From Patescibacteria group bacterium (GTDB lineage Bacteria; Patescibacteriota; Patescibacteriia; UBA2591; UBA4787): a DNA stretch of 64,000 nucleotides. Made by a program: the position numbers and the translations under genes. How positions within the stretch are numbered: the first letter of the stretch is position 1; every line of letters starts with the position of its first letter. Shown here in pieces: positions 46,548 through 56,730 of the stretch. The stretch is from contig JAQUSN010000002.1 in assembly GCA_028715115.1 (NCBI GenBank), forward strand, positions 4,944 through 68,943, in the 5' to 3' direction. Under the pieces are notes generated by a model that was not told the origin of the DNA, did not search any database, and worked only from the letters and a program-made list of their open reading frames with translations.

Positions 46548-47978
46548 TTAAAATGGTTCTTCGGTTTGGCTTACTGGTTGTTCGCCCGATTGTTCTTCGT
46601 TATATTCATAACTAAATTCTTCTGAAGGAGCAAACTGCAAATTCTTAAAGCTAGCCGTGTGCTCGTCAAAGAACAATTTAACCATGACGCCAGCTGGGCC
46701 ATGGCGATGTTTGGCAACATGAATTTCGGCTACACCCCGCTCTTCAGGCGGGCAGAATTTAATGCCACGGTCAGTGGCCTTGCGATAAATAAACAAAACC
46801 ACGTCGCTATCTTGTTCTAAACTGCCACTTTCTCTTAAGTCTGCTAATTTAGGAATAGCCGGTGTACGCGCTTCAGTAGCGCGAGATAATTGAGAAAGAG
46901 CGATAACCGGGATGTGCAGTTCTCGAGCAATGGCCTTTAAAGCGCGAGAAATAGCGGAAACCTCTTGAACGCGATTGTCAGCCCCTTCGCCGCCTTCCAT
47001 TAGTTGTAAGTAGTCGATAATAATAAGTCCTAGTCCATGTTCAGCTTGTAGTCTTCGGGCTTTAGTGCGGATTTCCATGATATTAGCCATCGGTGAATCA
47101 TCAATAAAAATCGGCGCTTCAGATAAAATATTAATTGAGTCGCCGATTTTTGAAAAGGCGCCTTCGTCGCTTTTTGATAAGGCGCCGGTTCGCATTTTCC
47201 ATAAGTTAATATTGGCCTGAGAGCAGATCATACGATCAACGATTTGTTCACGAGACATTTCCAGGCTAAATATGCCAACCGGAATTTTATGCAAGACCGC
47301 CACTTGGCGGGCGATATCAATTGCTAAAGCGCTTTTACCAACCGATGGGCGAGCGGCTAAAATAATTAAATCAGAAGCTTGTAAGCCGCCCAAAGCGGCA
47401 TCGAGGTCGGAGAAGCCGCAAGGTAAACCGCGCAACTTACCGCCGCTTTTATGAATTTCTTCGATACGAGTGAAGGCATCGCCAAGTACATCTTGGATGG
47501 GCGTGAAATTTTGTTTTAAAAATCTTTGGGAGACGGCAAAAAGTTTTTGCTCGGAACGATCGAGTATTTTATCAACCTGTTCTTCTTCGTCATAAGCCAT
47601 TTTGGTTATTTCGGTTGAGGCATTAATGAGATTCCTTAGAGTTGCTTTGCGTTGGATTATCTGGGCATAAGAAACTACATGAGTAGCACTGGGTACGCCA
47701 TTAGCTAAATCGGCTAAATGGCTTCGTCCGCCGATTAAGTCCAGCTGTCCCTTTTCCTCTAAACGGTTAGAGATACTTAAAATATCAATTGGTTCACGAT
47801 GCTCAAAAACTTCGAGCATAGCTTCGTAAATAATGCGATGAATGTCTTTATAAAAATCATCTGGGCCGATAATATCAGCGATTTTAATAATCGCATCTTT
47901 GTCTATTAGAAGACAGCCAAGCAACGCCTCTTCAGCTTCGATGTTTTGTGGTGGAAGTTTTTCTAGATTATTTTTCAT
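46548..47978 (-). CDS. dnaB: Replicative DNA helicase
   Basis: AARPSVGKS, IDYLQL, DLRESGSLEQD, KHRHGP. Confidence 0.97.
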   Translation of the reverse strand: MKNNLEKLPPQNIEAEEALLGCLLIDKDAIIKIADIIGPDDFYKDIHRIIYEAMLEVFEHREPIDILSISNRLEEKGQLDLIGGRSHLADLANGVPSATHVVSYAQIIQRKATLRNLINASTEITKMAYDEEEQVDKILDRSEQKLFAVSQRFLKQNFTPIQDVLGDAFTRIEEIHKSGGKLRGLPCGFSDLDAALGGLQASDLIILAARPSVGKSALAIDIARQVAVLHKIPVGIFSLEMSREQIVDRMICSQANINLWKMRTGALSKSDEGAFSKIGDSINILSEAPIFIDDSPMANIMEIRTKARRLQAEHGLGLIIIDYLQLMEGGEGADNRVQEVSAISRALKAIARELHIPVIALSQLSRATEARTPAIPKLADLRESGSLEQDSDVVLFIYRKATDRGIKFCPPEERGVAEIHVAKHRHGPAGVMVKLFFDEHTASFKNLQFAPSEEFSYEYNEEQSGEQPVSQTEEPF

Positions 47979-48077
47979 GTGAGATTTTCCCCATTAAACC
48001 CTTTACAATTTAATTTCTTTATTCTATAATTTTAGAACGTTTTAGACAACTCTCGTTTACACATTTTATCCCCATTT

Positions 48078-48317
48078 ATGCTTGATCATAAAGAAAACAT
48101 TCATGGTTATTTGGTTTATTATGATGACGAGGCGAAGTTGGGCATAGAACATTTGGCTCATGTTTTGAGTTTTGATGAAGCGCGGTCGATGTTTTTAGCC
48201 GCTCATCGTACTTTAGATAAAATAGATTTCGAAGATCGCCTGGGAAGAAACTTTGTTCTTATAGGCAGAATGGATGGCAATTTCGAACTTTATGCACGCA
48301 AAGAAGGATGGTTCTAA
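48078..48317 (+). CDS. Hypothetical protein
   Basis: 79-aa ATG ORF in otherwise intergenic space. Confidence 0.55.
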   Translation: MLDHKENIHGYLVYYDDEAKLGIEHLAHVLSFDEARSMFLAAHRTLDKIDFEDRLGRNFVLIGRMDGNFELYARKEGWF

Positions 48318-48332
48318 GTAAAACCAAAATAC

Positions 48333-48406
48333 GCCCCCTTAGCTCAGTGGTAGAGCAGTAGCCTTTTAAGCTATTGATGAAGGTTCGATTCCTTCAGGGG
48401 GTACCA
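48333..48406 (+). tRNA. tRNA-Lys(TTT)
   Basis: Cloverleaf, GTAGC-CTTTTAA-GCTAT, CCA. Confidence 0.92.
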
Positions 48407-48534
48407 AGTAGTGCTAAGTCAAGTGACCGTGAGGGGTCGGCTAAAAATCGACCAAACATTGCCCTTGACTTAATCACCTTAAAAGAAAAACCACGGAATT
48501 TTATCCGTGATTTTTCTATTTTATCTTTACCTTT

Positions 48535-49851
48535 TTACTCCAGATGTATTTTTCTGTCTAGAAGTATTAACTTGCTTTGCAGACAAGTCAGCAATTCTCT
48601 TTTTTCAATCAGCGTTCCTTCTTTTAAGATGTATTTGGCATAGTTCCGGGTATTAATATCAGTATTCAATTTTACTTTATTACTTACTCCTAAGACCCCA
48701 ATTCTGAATTTGTTATATCTGGTCATCTCGTGTTCAATTTTTGCCTTGATACCCAGATCATCTAGATTAACTTTATTAATCATTTCAATTAATTCTTTAA
48801 TCAGGTTTTCTTCATTAATAGCCGAGTTCTTACAATCAATATTTCTGGCCTTGGTACAGCGGTAGTAGACATGGCGGTTGACTCCGCCATCTTTTAATTT
48901 CTTGAATTTCTCGTCAGCCGTAATGCCCGAGCCACAACAGCCGCACTTAATCAGTTTAGTGAAGGCAAATTCTTTGCTCTCGGTCTTGGGGATATAGTGT
49001 TGGTCTAGGGCTTCTTGAACTTTACCAAACACCTCTTTGTTAATAATCGGCGTGTGTTTGCCGGTATACCATTGACTACTCTTGGCAGGAAACTCGAATT
49101 CGCCGTAGTAGAACGTATTTCTTAGCAGCTCATAGACATTGGCAATTGATAGGGGTTTATTGTTTTTAGTCTTAAACCCTATTTCCTGAAACCAGCGATG
49201 AATTTTTCGGCCACTCCAGTTTTCATAAGCTACTTTTTCAAACATTTGTTTGATAATTACCGATCTTTTGGGGTCTAGCCGGCACTGACCCTTTTTATCA
49301 ACATGGCTTTCCATTAGATAGCCAGTCGGGGCCATGTTTGGTCGCCAGCCCATTTCGCATTTAGCTTTTAGCCCTCGTTTTACATTAACCGACTTATTAT
49401 CGTTCTCCAGTTTGGCATGACTACCTAGAATCATTAATAGAAATTTTTCATTTGGGTTGTTGGTAAATTTCTGGCTGTAGGTTTTAATTTCGAGCAACAC
49501 TCCTTGATCCATCAAATCAACCAAAGTTCCTAGGTCGCCGGCATTCCTACTTAAGCGATCCGGCGCCCAGGTTAGAATGGCATTAAATTTGCCACTTCGT
49601 ATCTCCTCAATCATTTGATTGAAGACAGGTCTTTGGCCAACTGCCTTTGATGAATGCGATTCCTTCTTGATCTCAATCACGTTGAGATTGTCGCGTTTAG
49701 CGATTTCTGACATTTCCTTGATCTGGCTATCAATGGAAAGTGCCTGCATTTCATCTTGCTCGGTCGACTTGCGAGCATAAAGGCAGTACTTGATGATAAC
49801 CGGTGTTTGGATTGCTTGCGGGTGTCTACTTAAAGTTGTTGTTTGTTCCAT
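48535..49851 (-). CDS. Large serine recombinase (paralog of 6284-7618)
   Basis: YCLYARKSTE, WAPDRLSRN; start MEQT matches the paralog. Confidence 0.92.
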   Translation of the reverse strand: MEQTTTLSRHPQAIQTPVIIKYCLYARKSTEQDEMQALSIDSQIKEMSEIAKRDNLNVIEIKKESHSSKAVGQRPVFNQMIEEIRSGKFNAILTWAPDRLSRNAGDLGTLVDLMDQGVLLEIKTYSQKFTNNPNEKFLLMILGSHAKLENDNKSVNVKRGLKAKCEMGWRPNMAPTGYLMESHVDKKGQCRLDPKRSVIIKQMFEKVAYENWSGRKIHRWFQEIGFKTKNNKPLSIANVYELLRNTFYYGEFEFPAKSSQWYTGKHTPIINKEVFGKVQEALDQHYIPKTESKEFAFTKLIKCGCCGSGITADEKFKKLKDGGVNRHVYYRCTKARNIDCKNSAINEENLIKELIEMINKVNLDDLGIKAKIEHEMTRYNKFRIGVLGVSNKVKLNTDINTRNYAKYILKEGTLIEKRELLTCLQSKLILLDRKIHLE

Positions 49852-50039
49852 AGGTCTAAGGTTATTGATTAATCCCATGGAACATTGATGACGCACCTGG
49901 TCAGGGAGTCCAGGCCCTATTGTAGATAACTAATTCTTCATAAAGTTATCCACAAATTTCTATTGATAAAAATTAGTTTTGGTTATATATTCATAATATC
50001 AAGGTCGAATTATTAATTAATAAATAAACATTTAAAATT

Positions 50040-50303
50040 ATGCCAAGATTTAATAGTAGTGGTCCTGCTGGTTATGGCCCTCGGACTGGCTGGGGCTTGG
50101 GTCCTTGTGGCGCCGGAATGGCTTGGCGCAGAGGCGGAAGGTTTAGCCGCGGTTTTGGTTGGAGGAGATTTTGGGGTTATTATCCTACTCCTACTCAGAC
50201 TAAAAAAGAAGAAATAGAAACTCTTTCAGAAGAAGTTATTATTTTAGAAGAGGAACTCAAGACTATTAAAACCAGATTGGCCGAACTCAAAGGACAAAAA
50301 TAA
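50040..50303 (+). CDS. DUF5320 family protein
   Basis: MPRFNSSGPAGYGPRTGWGLGPC plus coiled coil. Confidence 0.85.
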   Translation: MPRFNSSGPAGYGPRTGWGLGPCGAGMAWRRGGRFSRGFGWRRFWGYYPTPTQTKKEEIETLSEEVIILEEELKTIKTRLAELKGQK

Positions 50304-50322
50304 AATTAAACAAGAAAACTTT

Positions 50323-50658
50323 ATGAAAATAGCAGTAAGTTCGATAAGGGAAACTATTGACAGTAGTGTTTCTGATATTTTTGGAAGATGTCCTTATTTT
50401 ATTATTGCTGAAATTGAAAGCCAGAAAATAGAAAAAACCGAAGCAATAGAAAATAAAAACACAGACCAAATGAGTGGTGTTGGTATTTCAGCTGCTCAAT
50501 TAATGGCAGAAAAAAATATCGATACCGTAATCACAGGTAATGTGGGTCCGAGAGCCTTAGATGTGTTAAGGCAATTTAATATTGATGTTTATTACGGAAA
50601 TGGAACGGTAAAAGAGATTTTACAAGATTTCATAAATGGAAAACTTAAGAAAATTTAA
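50323..50658 (+). CDS. NifB/NifX family protein
   Basis: FGRCPYF, GNVGPRA. Confidence 0.9.
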   Translation: MKIAVSSIRETIDSSVSDIFGRCPYFIIAEIESQKIEKTEAIENKNTDQMSGVGISAAQLMAEKNIDTVITGNVGPRALDVLRQFNIDVYYGNGTVKEILQDFINGKLKKI

Positions 50659-50660
50659 AA

Positions 50661-51008
50661 ATGAAAATTGTAATTCCGACTAATAAGAGAAATGGGCTTG
50701 ACGATAAAGTGGCCGACCATTTTGGTCGTTGCCCGACTTATACCTTTCTTAATGAAGAAGGCGAGATTGTTGAGATAATAGACAATACCAGCGAACATAT
50801 GGACGGCGTTGGTCTGCCGCCGGAATTGATGAAAAAACACGGAGCGAACATTTTACTTTGTAAGGATCTTGGACCGAGGGCTTTAAATTTATGTCAAGAA
50901 TTAGGTATAGATGTATATGTTTGTCGAGCAGAAACAGTAAGAGATGTTTTTGAAATGTGGAAAAATAATATAATTAAAAAAGCAAGTATAGGGGATACCT
51001 GCAAATAA
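50661..51008 (+). CDS. NifB/NifX family protein
   Basis: HFGRCP, LGPRA. Confidence 0.9.
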   Translation: MKIVIPTNKRNGLDDKVADHFGRCPTYTFLNEEGEIVEIIDNTSEHMDGVGLPPELMKKHGANILLCKDLGPRALNLCQELGIDVYVCRAETVRDVFEMWKNNIIKKASIGDTCK

Positions 51009-51024
51009 TATAAATAGTAAATTT

Positions 51025-51888
51025 ATGAAAATTGCGATTACTGGTGGAAAAGGTGGGGTGGGAAAATCAATGGTAGCGACTTCATTAGCAGTAGAATTTG
51101 CAAAACGAACCAAGACAATGCTGGTAGATGCTGATGCGGAATGTCCAAATGATCATCTCCTACTTTCCGTAAAAAGAAAAAAATATATAACAGTTTTTCA
51201 ACCGATTCCTAAATGGAATTTTAAGAAGTGTACAAAATGCGGTAAATGCGCTTCCGTTTGCAAACAAAATGCCATTGTTTTCACTAAAGGAAAATTTCCC
51301 GCTTTTGTTAAAGATGTTTGTATCGGATGTAAGGCATGTATTGTTACTTGTCCAACTGGCGCGATAACGGAAACTAAAAAAGAAATCGGGAAAATTTATA
51401 CTGGGAAAAATTATAATGTTAATTTAGTTTCTGGAGAGCTTAAATTGGGAGAATTGGCTTCCGGTGAGGTGGTGGCTAAGGTAAGAAAATATGCTGATAA
51501 AATTAATAAAAAAATAAAAGCTGAAATAACGATTATTGATTCTTCGCCGGGAATTGGTTGCCCTGTAATTGCTTCTTTAGTTGGCACTGACTATATTGTC
51601 GGCGTAACAGAACCGACGCCGTCAGCCCTTTTTGATTTGAAAAGGGTTTTATATTTGGCTGAACACTTTGGGATAAAGCGCGGCATAGTTATTAATAAAT
51701 TTGATCTTGAAGAAAGTTTTTATTCTGAGATAGAAAACTTTGCCAGAATAAATAAAATTCTAATCCTAGGAAAAATTCCTTACCGAAAAGATTTTGTTAG
51801 GTCAACCGTTAAAATGAAACCAGTAATTGAAATAAATCCAGTTTATAAAAAGTTATTTCAAGCAATTATTAAAAAGATATTAGAATAA
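51025..51888 (+). CDS. MinD-like P-loop ATPase with 4Fe-4S dicluster
   Basis: GGKGGVGKS; two CxxCxxCxxxC motifs; PGIGCPV. Confidence 0.9.
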   Translation: MKIAITGGKGGVGKSMVATSLAVEFAKRTKTMLVDADAECPNDHLLLSVKRKKYITVFQPIPKWNFKKCTKCGKCASVCKQNAIVFTKGKFPAFVKDVCIGCKACIVTCPTGAITETKKEIGKIYTGKNYNVNLVSGELKLGELASGEVVAKVRKYADKINKKIKAEITIIDSSPGIGCPVIASLVGTDYIVGVTEPTPSALFDLKRVLYLAEHFGIKRGIVINKFDLEESFYSEIENFARINKILILGKIPYRKDFVRSTVKMKPVIEINPVYKKLFQAIIKKILE

Positions 51889-51894
51889 ATTATT

Positions 51895-53046
51895 ATGAAT
51901 TTAAAATCTATTTATAAAAAATTTATAATTATTTTTATTTTAACCGTTTTTTGTATTATTTTTTCAATAAAAGTTAATGCTCAAAATAATCTTAATAATC
52001 AAAATGATGTTTCTTTACATATGTTTTACGGTCAGGGATGTCCTCATTGCAGTAAGTTAAAATTATTCTTGGATAACATGAGGAACAAATACTCGTCGTT
52101 GAAAATATATGAACACGAAGTTTATCAGGATCCTGAGGGAAGAAAGTTATTTGAACAAATGTCCCAGGCCTTTAATACTCCCATAAAAGGGGTGCCAACA
52201 GTATTTATTGATGATAAAGTAATTATCGGATTTAGCAATGAAATAGGAGATTCGATAGAAAATGAAATAAAAAGATGTTTGGAAGCCGATTGCATTGATC
52301 CTGAATTAATGGTGAATAAATCATTCCCAGACAATTTTGGTAAAAACGAAATTGTAAAAAAACTTACAATTCCCATTGTTGTTTCTGCGGCGGCAGTAGA
52401 CGCAATTAATCCTTGTGCTTTTGCGGTTTTAATAATTTTGATGACCGCTGTTTTGTCTATAAGCAGTAGGAAAAAGGCTTTAAATTTTGGTTTAGCTTTT
52501 ACAGCATCGGTCTATATTTCATATTTCTTAATAGGTCTTGGTTTATTTTCAGCCTTGCAGATTAGCGGACTTAGTCACAAGTTTTATATAGTAGTAACAA
52601 TTTTAGCTTTTATTGTTGGCTTATTGAATATTAAAGATTATTTTTGGTATGGAAAGGGGTTTTTAATGGAGATTCCACTGAGATGGAGGCCAACTATAAA
52701 AAGAATATTAAACAGCGTGACAACTCCTTTTGGAGCTTTTATTGCTGGTTTTGCCATATCTTTATTTGAATTACCTTGTACGGGCGGACCATATATAGTT
52801 ATCTTGGGCTTATTGGCAAAAGAAGTTACCAGGAGTACGGGAATTTTTTATTTACTTATCTATAATTTGGTTTTTGTATCGCCATTAATAATACTTTCCT
52901 TAATAATTTATAAAGGTTTATCTACTGCCAGCAAGTTAGAAGCAATAAGGCAGAAAAAAATAAAATTGTTGCATTTAATAGCTGGAATACTGATGCTTGG
53001 AGTTGCGACGGCTATGGTCATATCTTTGATCAAAGGTTGGGTCTAA
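51895..53046 (+). CDS. Glutaredoxin-domain / cytochrome c biogenesis (DsbD-like) membrane protein
   Basis: CPHC; DAINPCAF; ELPCTGGPY. Confidence 0.85.
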   Translation: MNLKSIYKKFIIIFILTVFCIIFSIKVNAQNNLNNQNDVSLHMFYGQGCPHCSKLKLFLDNMRNKYSSLKIYEHEVYQDPEGRKLFEQMSQAFNTPIKGVPTVFIDDKVIIGFSNEIGDSIENEIKRCLEADCIDPELMVNKSFPDNFGKNEIVKKLTIPIVVSAAAVDAINPCAFAVLIILMTAVLSISSRKKALNFGLAFTASVYISYFLIGLGLFSALQISGLSHKFYIVVTILAFIVGLLNIKDYFWYGKGFLMEIPLRWRPTIKRILNSVTTPFGAFIAGFAISLFELPCTGGPYIVILGLLAKEVTRSTGIFYLLIYNLVFVSPLIILSLIIYKGLSTASKLEAIRQKKIKLLHLIAGILMLGVATAMVISLIKGWV

Positions 53047-53071
53047 TTAATAATGAAAAATAATAACCGAA

Positions 53072-54121
53072 ATGAAAGAAAAAATAGCTAAAATTTCAAT
53101 ACTAACTAACGTGTTTTTAGCCGGAAGTAAATTAGCGGTTGGCTTTATAACTGGTTCTGGCGCTATTTTTGCTGAAGGTTTTCATTCGGGAATGGATGTA
53201 TTAACCTCGGCGATAAGTTTTGTCGGCATTAAAATAGCCAAAAAGCCCATCGATCAAAAACATCCTTATGGCCATTATAAATTTGAAGTTTTGGCCGGAT
53301 TAATAATAACTATTGTTCTGTTCGGAACCGGTTTATTTATTATATTTGAGGCGATTCACGAACTTCAGAGCCCTTCTCCCGCTGCAATTGGATACTTGGC
53401 ATTAGGTACGATGTTAATTTCAGCTGTGATTAATGAGATAATGGCGAGATTGAAGATTCATTATGGTAAAGAAGAAAATTCCGTTGCTTTATTATCAGAT
53501 GGATTTCATTCTCGAATAGATGTTTACGCTTCGCTAGTCGTTTTAGCAGGATTATTTTTGACTAAATACTGGGTTTATGTTGATTCAGCTTTGGCCCTAT
53601 TAATCGGTTTATATATTATTAAAGAATCATTTTCAATTGGTAAAGAAGCGGTTGATTCTTTGCTTGATGTTTCAGCTGGCGAAAAGATAGAAGAAAAAAT
53701 AAAAACAATAATTAAGACGCAGAATATTGAGATCTCATCCTTAAAAACTCAAAAAAAGGGTTCAGCCATTACCGCTAATATGGAAATAAAATTACCCAGT
53801 AATTTGAGCGTAGAAGAAGCGGTAAGAACCTCCGACAATTTGAGAGAAGAGTTAATAAAAGAAATTGAAAATCTTTCTTATGTCGCCATTCAGATCAAAG
53901 GTCATGAAGTAGAGACCGGATTTTATAAACCGGCTTTTGGTCAAAGTTTCGGTTGGCAAAGGAAAGGAAAATTTAGGAAAGAAATTAAAGAGGCAAAAGG
54001 AGGTGGACCCGGTGGTTATTGTGTTTGTCCAAAATGTGGTTATAAAATTCTTCATGAACGAGGCATTCCTTGTTTGACATTTGAATGTCCGAAGTGCAAA
54101 ATTAATTTAATTAGAAAATAA
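53072..54121 (+). CDS. Cation diffusion facilitator (FieF-like) with C-terminal Cys-rich module
   Basis: HSGMD, HPYGHYKFE, HSRID; GPGGYCVCPKC...CPKC. Confidence 0.9.
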   Translation: MKEKIAKISILTNVFLAGSKLAVGFITGSGAIFAEGFHSGMDVLTSAISFVGIKIAKKPIDQKHPYGHYKFEVLAGLIITIVLFGTGLFIIFEAIHELQSPSPAAIGYLALGTMLISAVINEIMARLKIHYGKEENSVALLSDGFHSRIDVYASLVVLAGLFLTKYWVYVDSALALLIGLYIIKESFSIGKEAVDSLLDVSAGEKIEEKIKTIIKTQNIEISSLKTQKKGSAITANMEIKLPSNLSVEEAVRTSDNLREELIKEIENLSYVAIQIKGHEVETGFYKPAFGQSFGWQRKGKFRKEIKEAKGGGPGGYCVCPKCGYKILHERGIPCLTFECPKCKINLIRK

Positions 54122-54122
54122 T

Positions 54123-54404
54123 ATGGTTAGACCATTAAAACCAAGAAGAGTATTATTCGACCCCAATGTAACTTATTTTAAACCACAGGCAGTGCCTCTC
54201 TCAATATTAGAAGAAGTAGATTTGGGTGTAGACGAGCTGGAGACTTTACGACTTTGCGATTACAAAAATTTAGAACAAATTGAAGCGGCCAAGAAAATGA
54301 AAGTTTCTCAAAGCACTCTTCAACGAATACTAACATCAGCCCGCAAAAAAGTTGTTGAAGCTTTAATTGAGGGAAAGGCAATAAAAATTAGAAAAAATTT
54401 ATAG
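54123..54404 (+). CDS. DUF134 (UPF0251) DNA-binding protein
   Basis: RPLKPR...YFKP...ELETLRLCD. Confidence 0.9.
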   Translation: MVRPLKPRRVLFDPNVTYFKPQAVPLSILEEVDLGVDELETLRLCDYKNLEQIEAAKKMKVSQSTLQRILTSARKKVVEALIEGKAIKIRKNL

Positions 54405-54508
54405 CCAGGTATTCTTGTAAATTTAATTGACCTTTATCACAGAAATAAAAAAGATTTTAATTAATCTTTTTCTTGTTATTATAATTATTTTTTGTTATTA
54501 TTAACAAT

Positions 54509-54760
54509 ATGAAAGAAGAATTGACTCTTATTGATTTAAAAGAAAACCAAGAAGTTGAAATTATTTCTGTTGTCGGTGGACAAATGGTCACTAAAAGATT
54601 GGCTGATTTAGGATTAGTTTTCGGGACTAAAATAAAAATTTTAGGAAAAGCCCCATTTTGGGGACCAATAGAAATTGAGGTTTTGGGTTCAAAATTAGCT
54701 TTAGGCAGAGGGATAGCCTCTAAAATTTTAGTTAAAATTTTAGCCGAGAAACATGGCTAA
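54509..54760 (+). CDS. feoA: Ferrous iron transport protein A
   Basis: RLADLGL...APFWGPI...LALGRG. Confidence 0.92.
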   Translation: MKEELTLIDLKENQEVEIISVVGGQMVTKRLADLGLVFGTKIKILGKAPFWGPIEIEVLGSKLALGRGIASKILVKILAEKHG

Positions 54761-56690
54761 AGAAGGAAAATTAAATATAGTTTTGGCCGGAAACGCTAAT
54801 ACCGGGAAAAGCGTGATTTTTAATTACTTAACCGGTCTCCATCAGCATTTGGGTAATTGGCCAGGGAAAACAGTAGAGAAAGCAGAAGGAACTTTGTGTT
54901 ACAAAGGATACACTATTGATGTTTTAGATTTGCCAGGAATTTATTCTCTCGCCACTTATTCAATGGAAGAGTTAGTTTCAAGAGAATACATTGCCTCTCA
55001 GAAATCAGATTTTGTCGTGAATGTCGTAGACGGTACCAACTTAGAGAGAAACTTAATTTTTACTTTGCAACTTTTAGAATTAGAGCGACCAACCGTTTTA
55101 GCCTTGAATATGGTGAATTTGTTTAAAAAAAAGAGAATAGATATTAATATTGAAAAATTAGAAGAAATCTTAAAAATTCCCGTGGTGCCGGTTGCAGCCA
55201 TTTATGGTAAGGGGATAACAAAAATTTTAGATAGAGGTATTGCTTTAATAGAATCGAAAAGGGTAGGAAATCAGAGCAATCTAAAATACGGAAAAGAAGT
55301 AGAAGAGCAGATTGAAAAACTTATCAGCATGATGTCCAATCTTGAACTTTCCTATTCAAAAAGGTGGTTGGCCATAAAGCTTTTAGAAAAAGATAAAGAA
55401 GTTGAAAAATTAGTCAGAAATAAAGCCCCCGCCATATTAGAAAAGGCAAAAGAATTAATTTCTTATATTGAGAAAATTCATGGGCATGACTCATCTATTG
55501 TCGTCGCCGGCGAGCGTTGCCATTTGGTTTCAGACATAATTCAAAGTGTACTAAGAATAACCAAATTATCGAAAACAAGCTTCACTGAAAAATTAAACTC
55601 GATAACCAGCCATAAAATTTGGGGTTATCCTGTTTTAATTTTAGTCTTATTTTTAATGTTCGGATTCATTTTTAAATTTGGCGACTGGTTTTCCTCGTAT
55701 TTTATAAAGATATTTCCCAACGTTCAGCTATGGTATGAAAACTTTCTCGGTAATTCAGTTTTAGCTTCGTTGATTTGGGCAGGAATTGAAAGTGTTTTGG
55801 GTTTAATCATGATCGCTATTCCTTATATTATTCCCTTTTATTTTGTTTTATATTTTTTAGAAGATTGCGGATATTTGGCCCGCATTGCTTTTTTAATGGA
55901 CAATTTAATGCACAAACTTGGCGTACATGGTAAGGCCTGTATCCCATTGCTTCTTGGTTATGGTTGTAATGTTCCGGCCTGTCTTTCTTGCCGCATTATG
56001 GAGACTAAAAGGGAAAGATTTTTGACAGGATTTTTATCCACCCTTATTCCTTGTAGCGCCATCACGGTTGTTATTTTAGGATTAGTAGGAAAATTTGTCG
56101 GTATAAAATGGGCCCTTGCTTTATATTTATTTAATATTTTAATTATTTTTATTATAGGAAAATTGGCTTCCAAAATTTTACCAGGCGAGCCGACAGGGCT
56201 TATTATGGAAATGCCAGACTATAGAAAACTACATTTTAGAACAATATTTCTACAAACTTGGTTCAGGTTAAAAGATTTTCTTTTTATCGCCGGCCCTTTA
56301 GTGATTATCTCCGGAATAATAATTAAAGGACTTTATTTAGTTGGTTGGCTGGCGGTGATTGCTAATTTTTTAAGCCCCGTCACTGTAAAATGGCTCGGGT
56401 TGCCAGTTCTAACTGGAATTTTATTGATTTTCGGCATTTTGAGAAAAGAATTAATTTTGGTTATGTTAGCTACGCTATTAGGAACCGCTAATTTTGCTCT
56501 AGCTTTGAGTCCTGTCCAAATGATTACCTTGGCGTTAATTACCATGTTTTATATTCCCTGTGTAGCCACCATTGCTGTTCTTCGACGAGAATTTGGCTGG
56601 AAAAGAGCTTTGGGAATTACCATCTTTAAAATATTTTTAGCTATTTTGTTGGGCGGAATAGCTTTTAGATTATTGAGTGCATTTTTATAA
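54753..56690 (+). CDS. feoB: Ferrous iron transport protein B
   Basis: GNANTGKS, GNWPGKTVE, DLPGIYSL, GYGCNVPA. Confidence 0.95.
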   Translation: MAKEGKLNIVLAGNANTGKSVIFNYLTGLHQHLGNWPGKTVEKAEGTLCYKGYTIDVLDLPGIYSLATYSMEELVSREYIASQKSDFVVNVVDGTNLERNLIFTLQLLELERPTVLALNMVNLFKKKRIDINIEKLEEILKIPVVPVAAIYGKGITKILDRGIALIESKRVGNQSNLKYGKEVEEQIEKLISMMSNLELSYSKRWLAIKLLEKDKEVEKLVRNKAPAILEKAKELISYIEKIHGHDSSIVVAGERCHLVSDIIQSVLRITKLSKTSFTEKLNSITSHKIWGYPVLILVLFLMFGFIFKFGDWFSSYFIKIFPNVQLWYENFLGNSVLASLIWAGIESVLGLIMIAIPYIIPFYFVLYFLEDCGYLARIAFLMDNLMHKLGVHGKACIPLLLGYGCNVPACLSCRIMETKRERFLTGFLSTLIPCSAITVVILGLVGKFVGIKWALALYLFNILIIFIIGKLASKILPGEPTGLIMEMPDYRKLHFRTIFLQTWFRLKDFLFIAGPLVIISGIIIKGLYLVGWLAVIANFLSPVTVKWLGLPVLTGILLIFGILRKELILVMLATLLGTANFALALSPVQMITLALITMFYIPCVATIAVLRREFGWKRALGITIFKIFLAILLGGIAFRLLSAFL

Positions 56691-56704
56691 TAAAATGAGA
56701 CATA

Positions 56705-56730
56705 TGATCTGTACCCCAAAAAGTGGACAC
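56705..56730 (+). mobile_element. Orphan IS3-family-like terminal inverted repeat
   Basis: TGATCTGTACCCCAAAAAGTGGACAC resembles IS3 ends (from memory); no transposase nearby. Confidence 0.45.

Noticed and set aside
50323-51008. Nitrogen fixation
   Set aside because: NifB/NifX-family domains occur widely without nitrogenase, and no nifHDK is present here.
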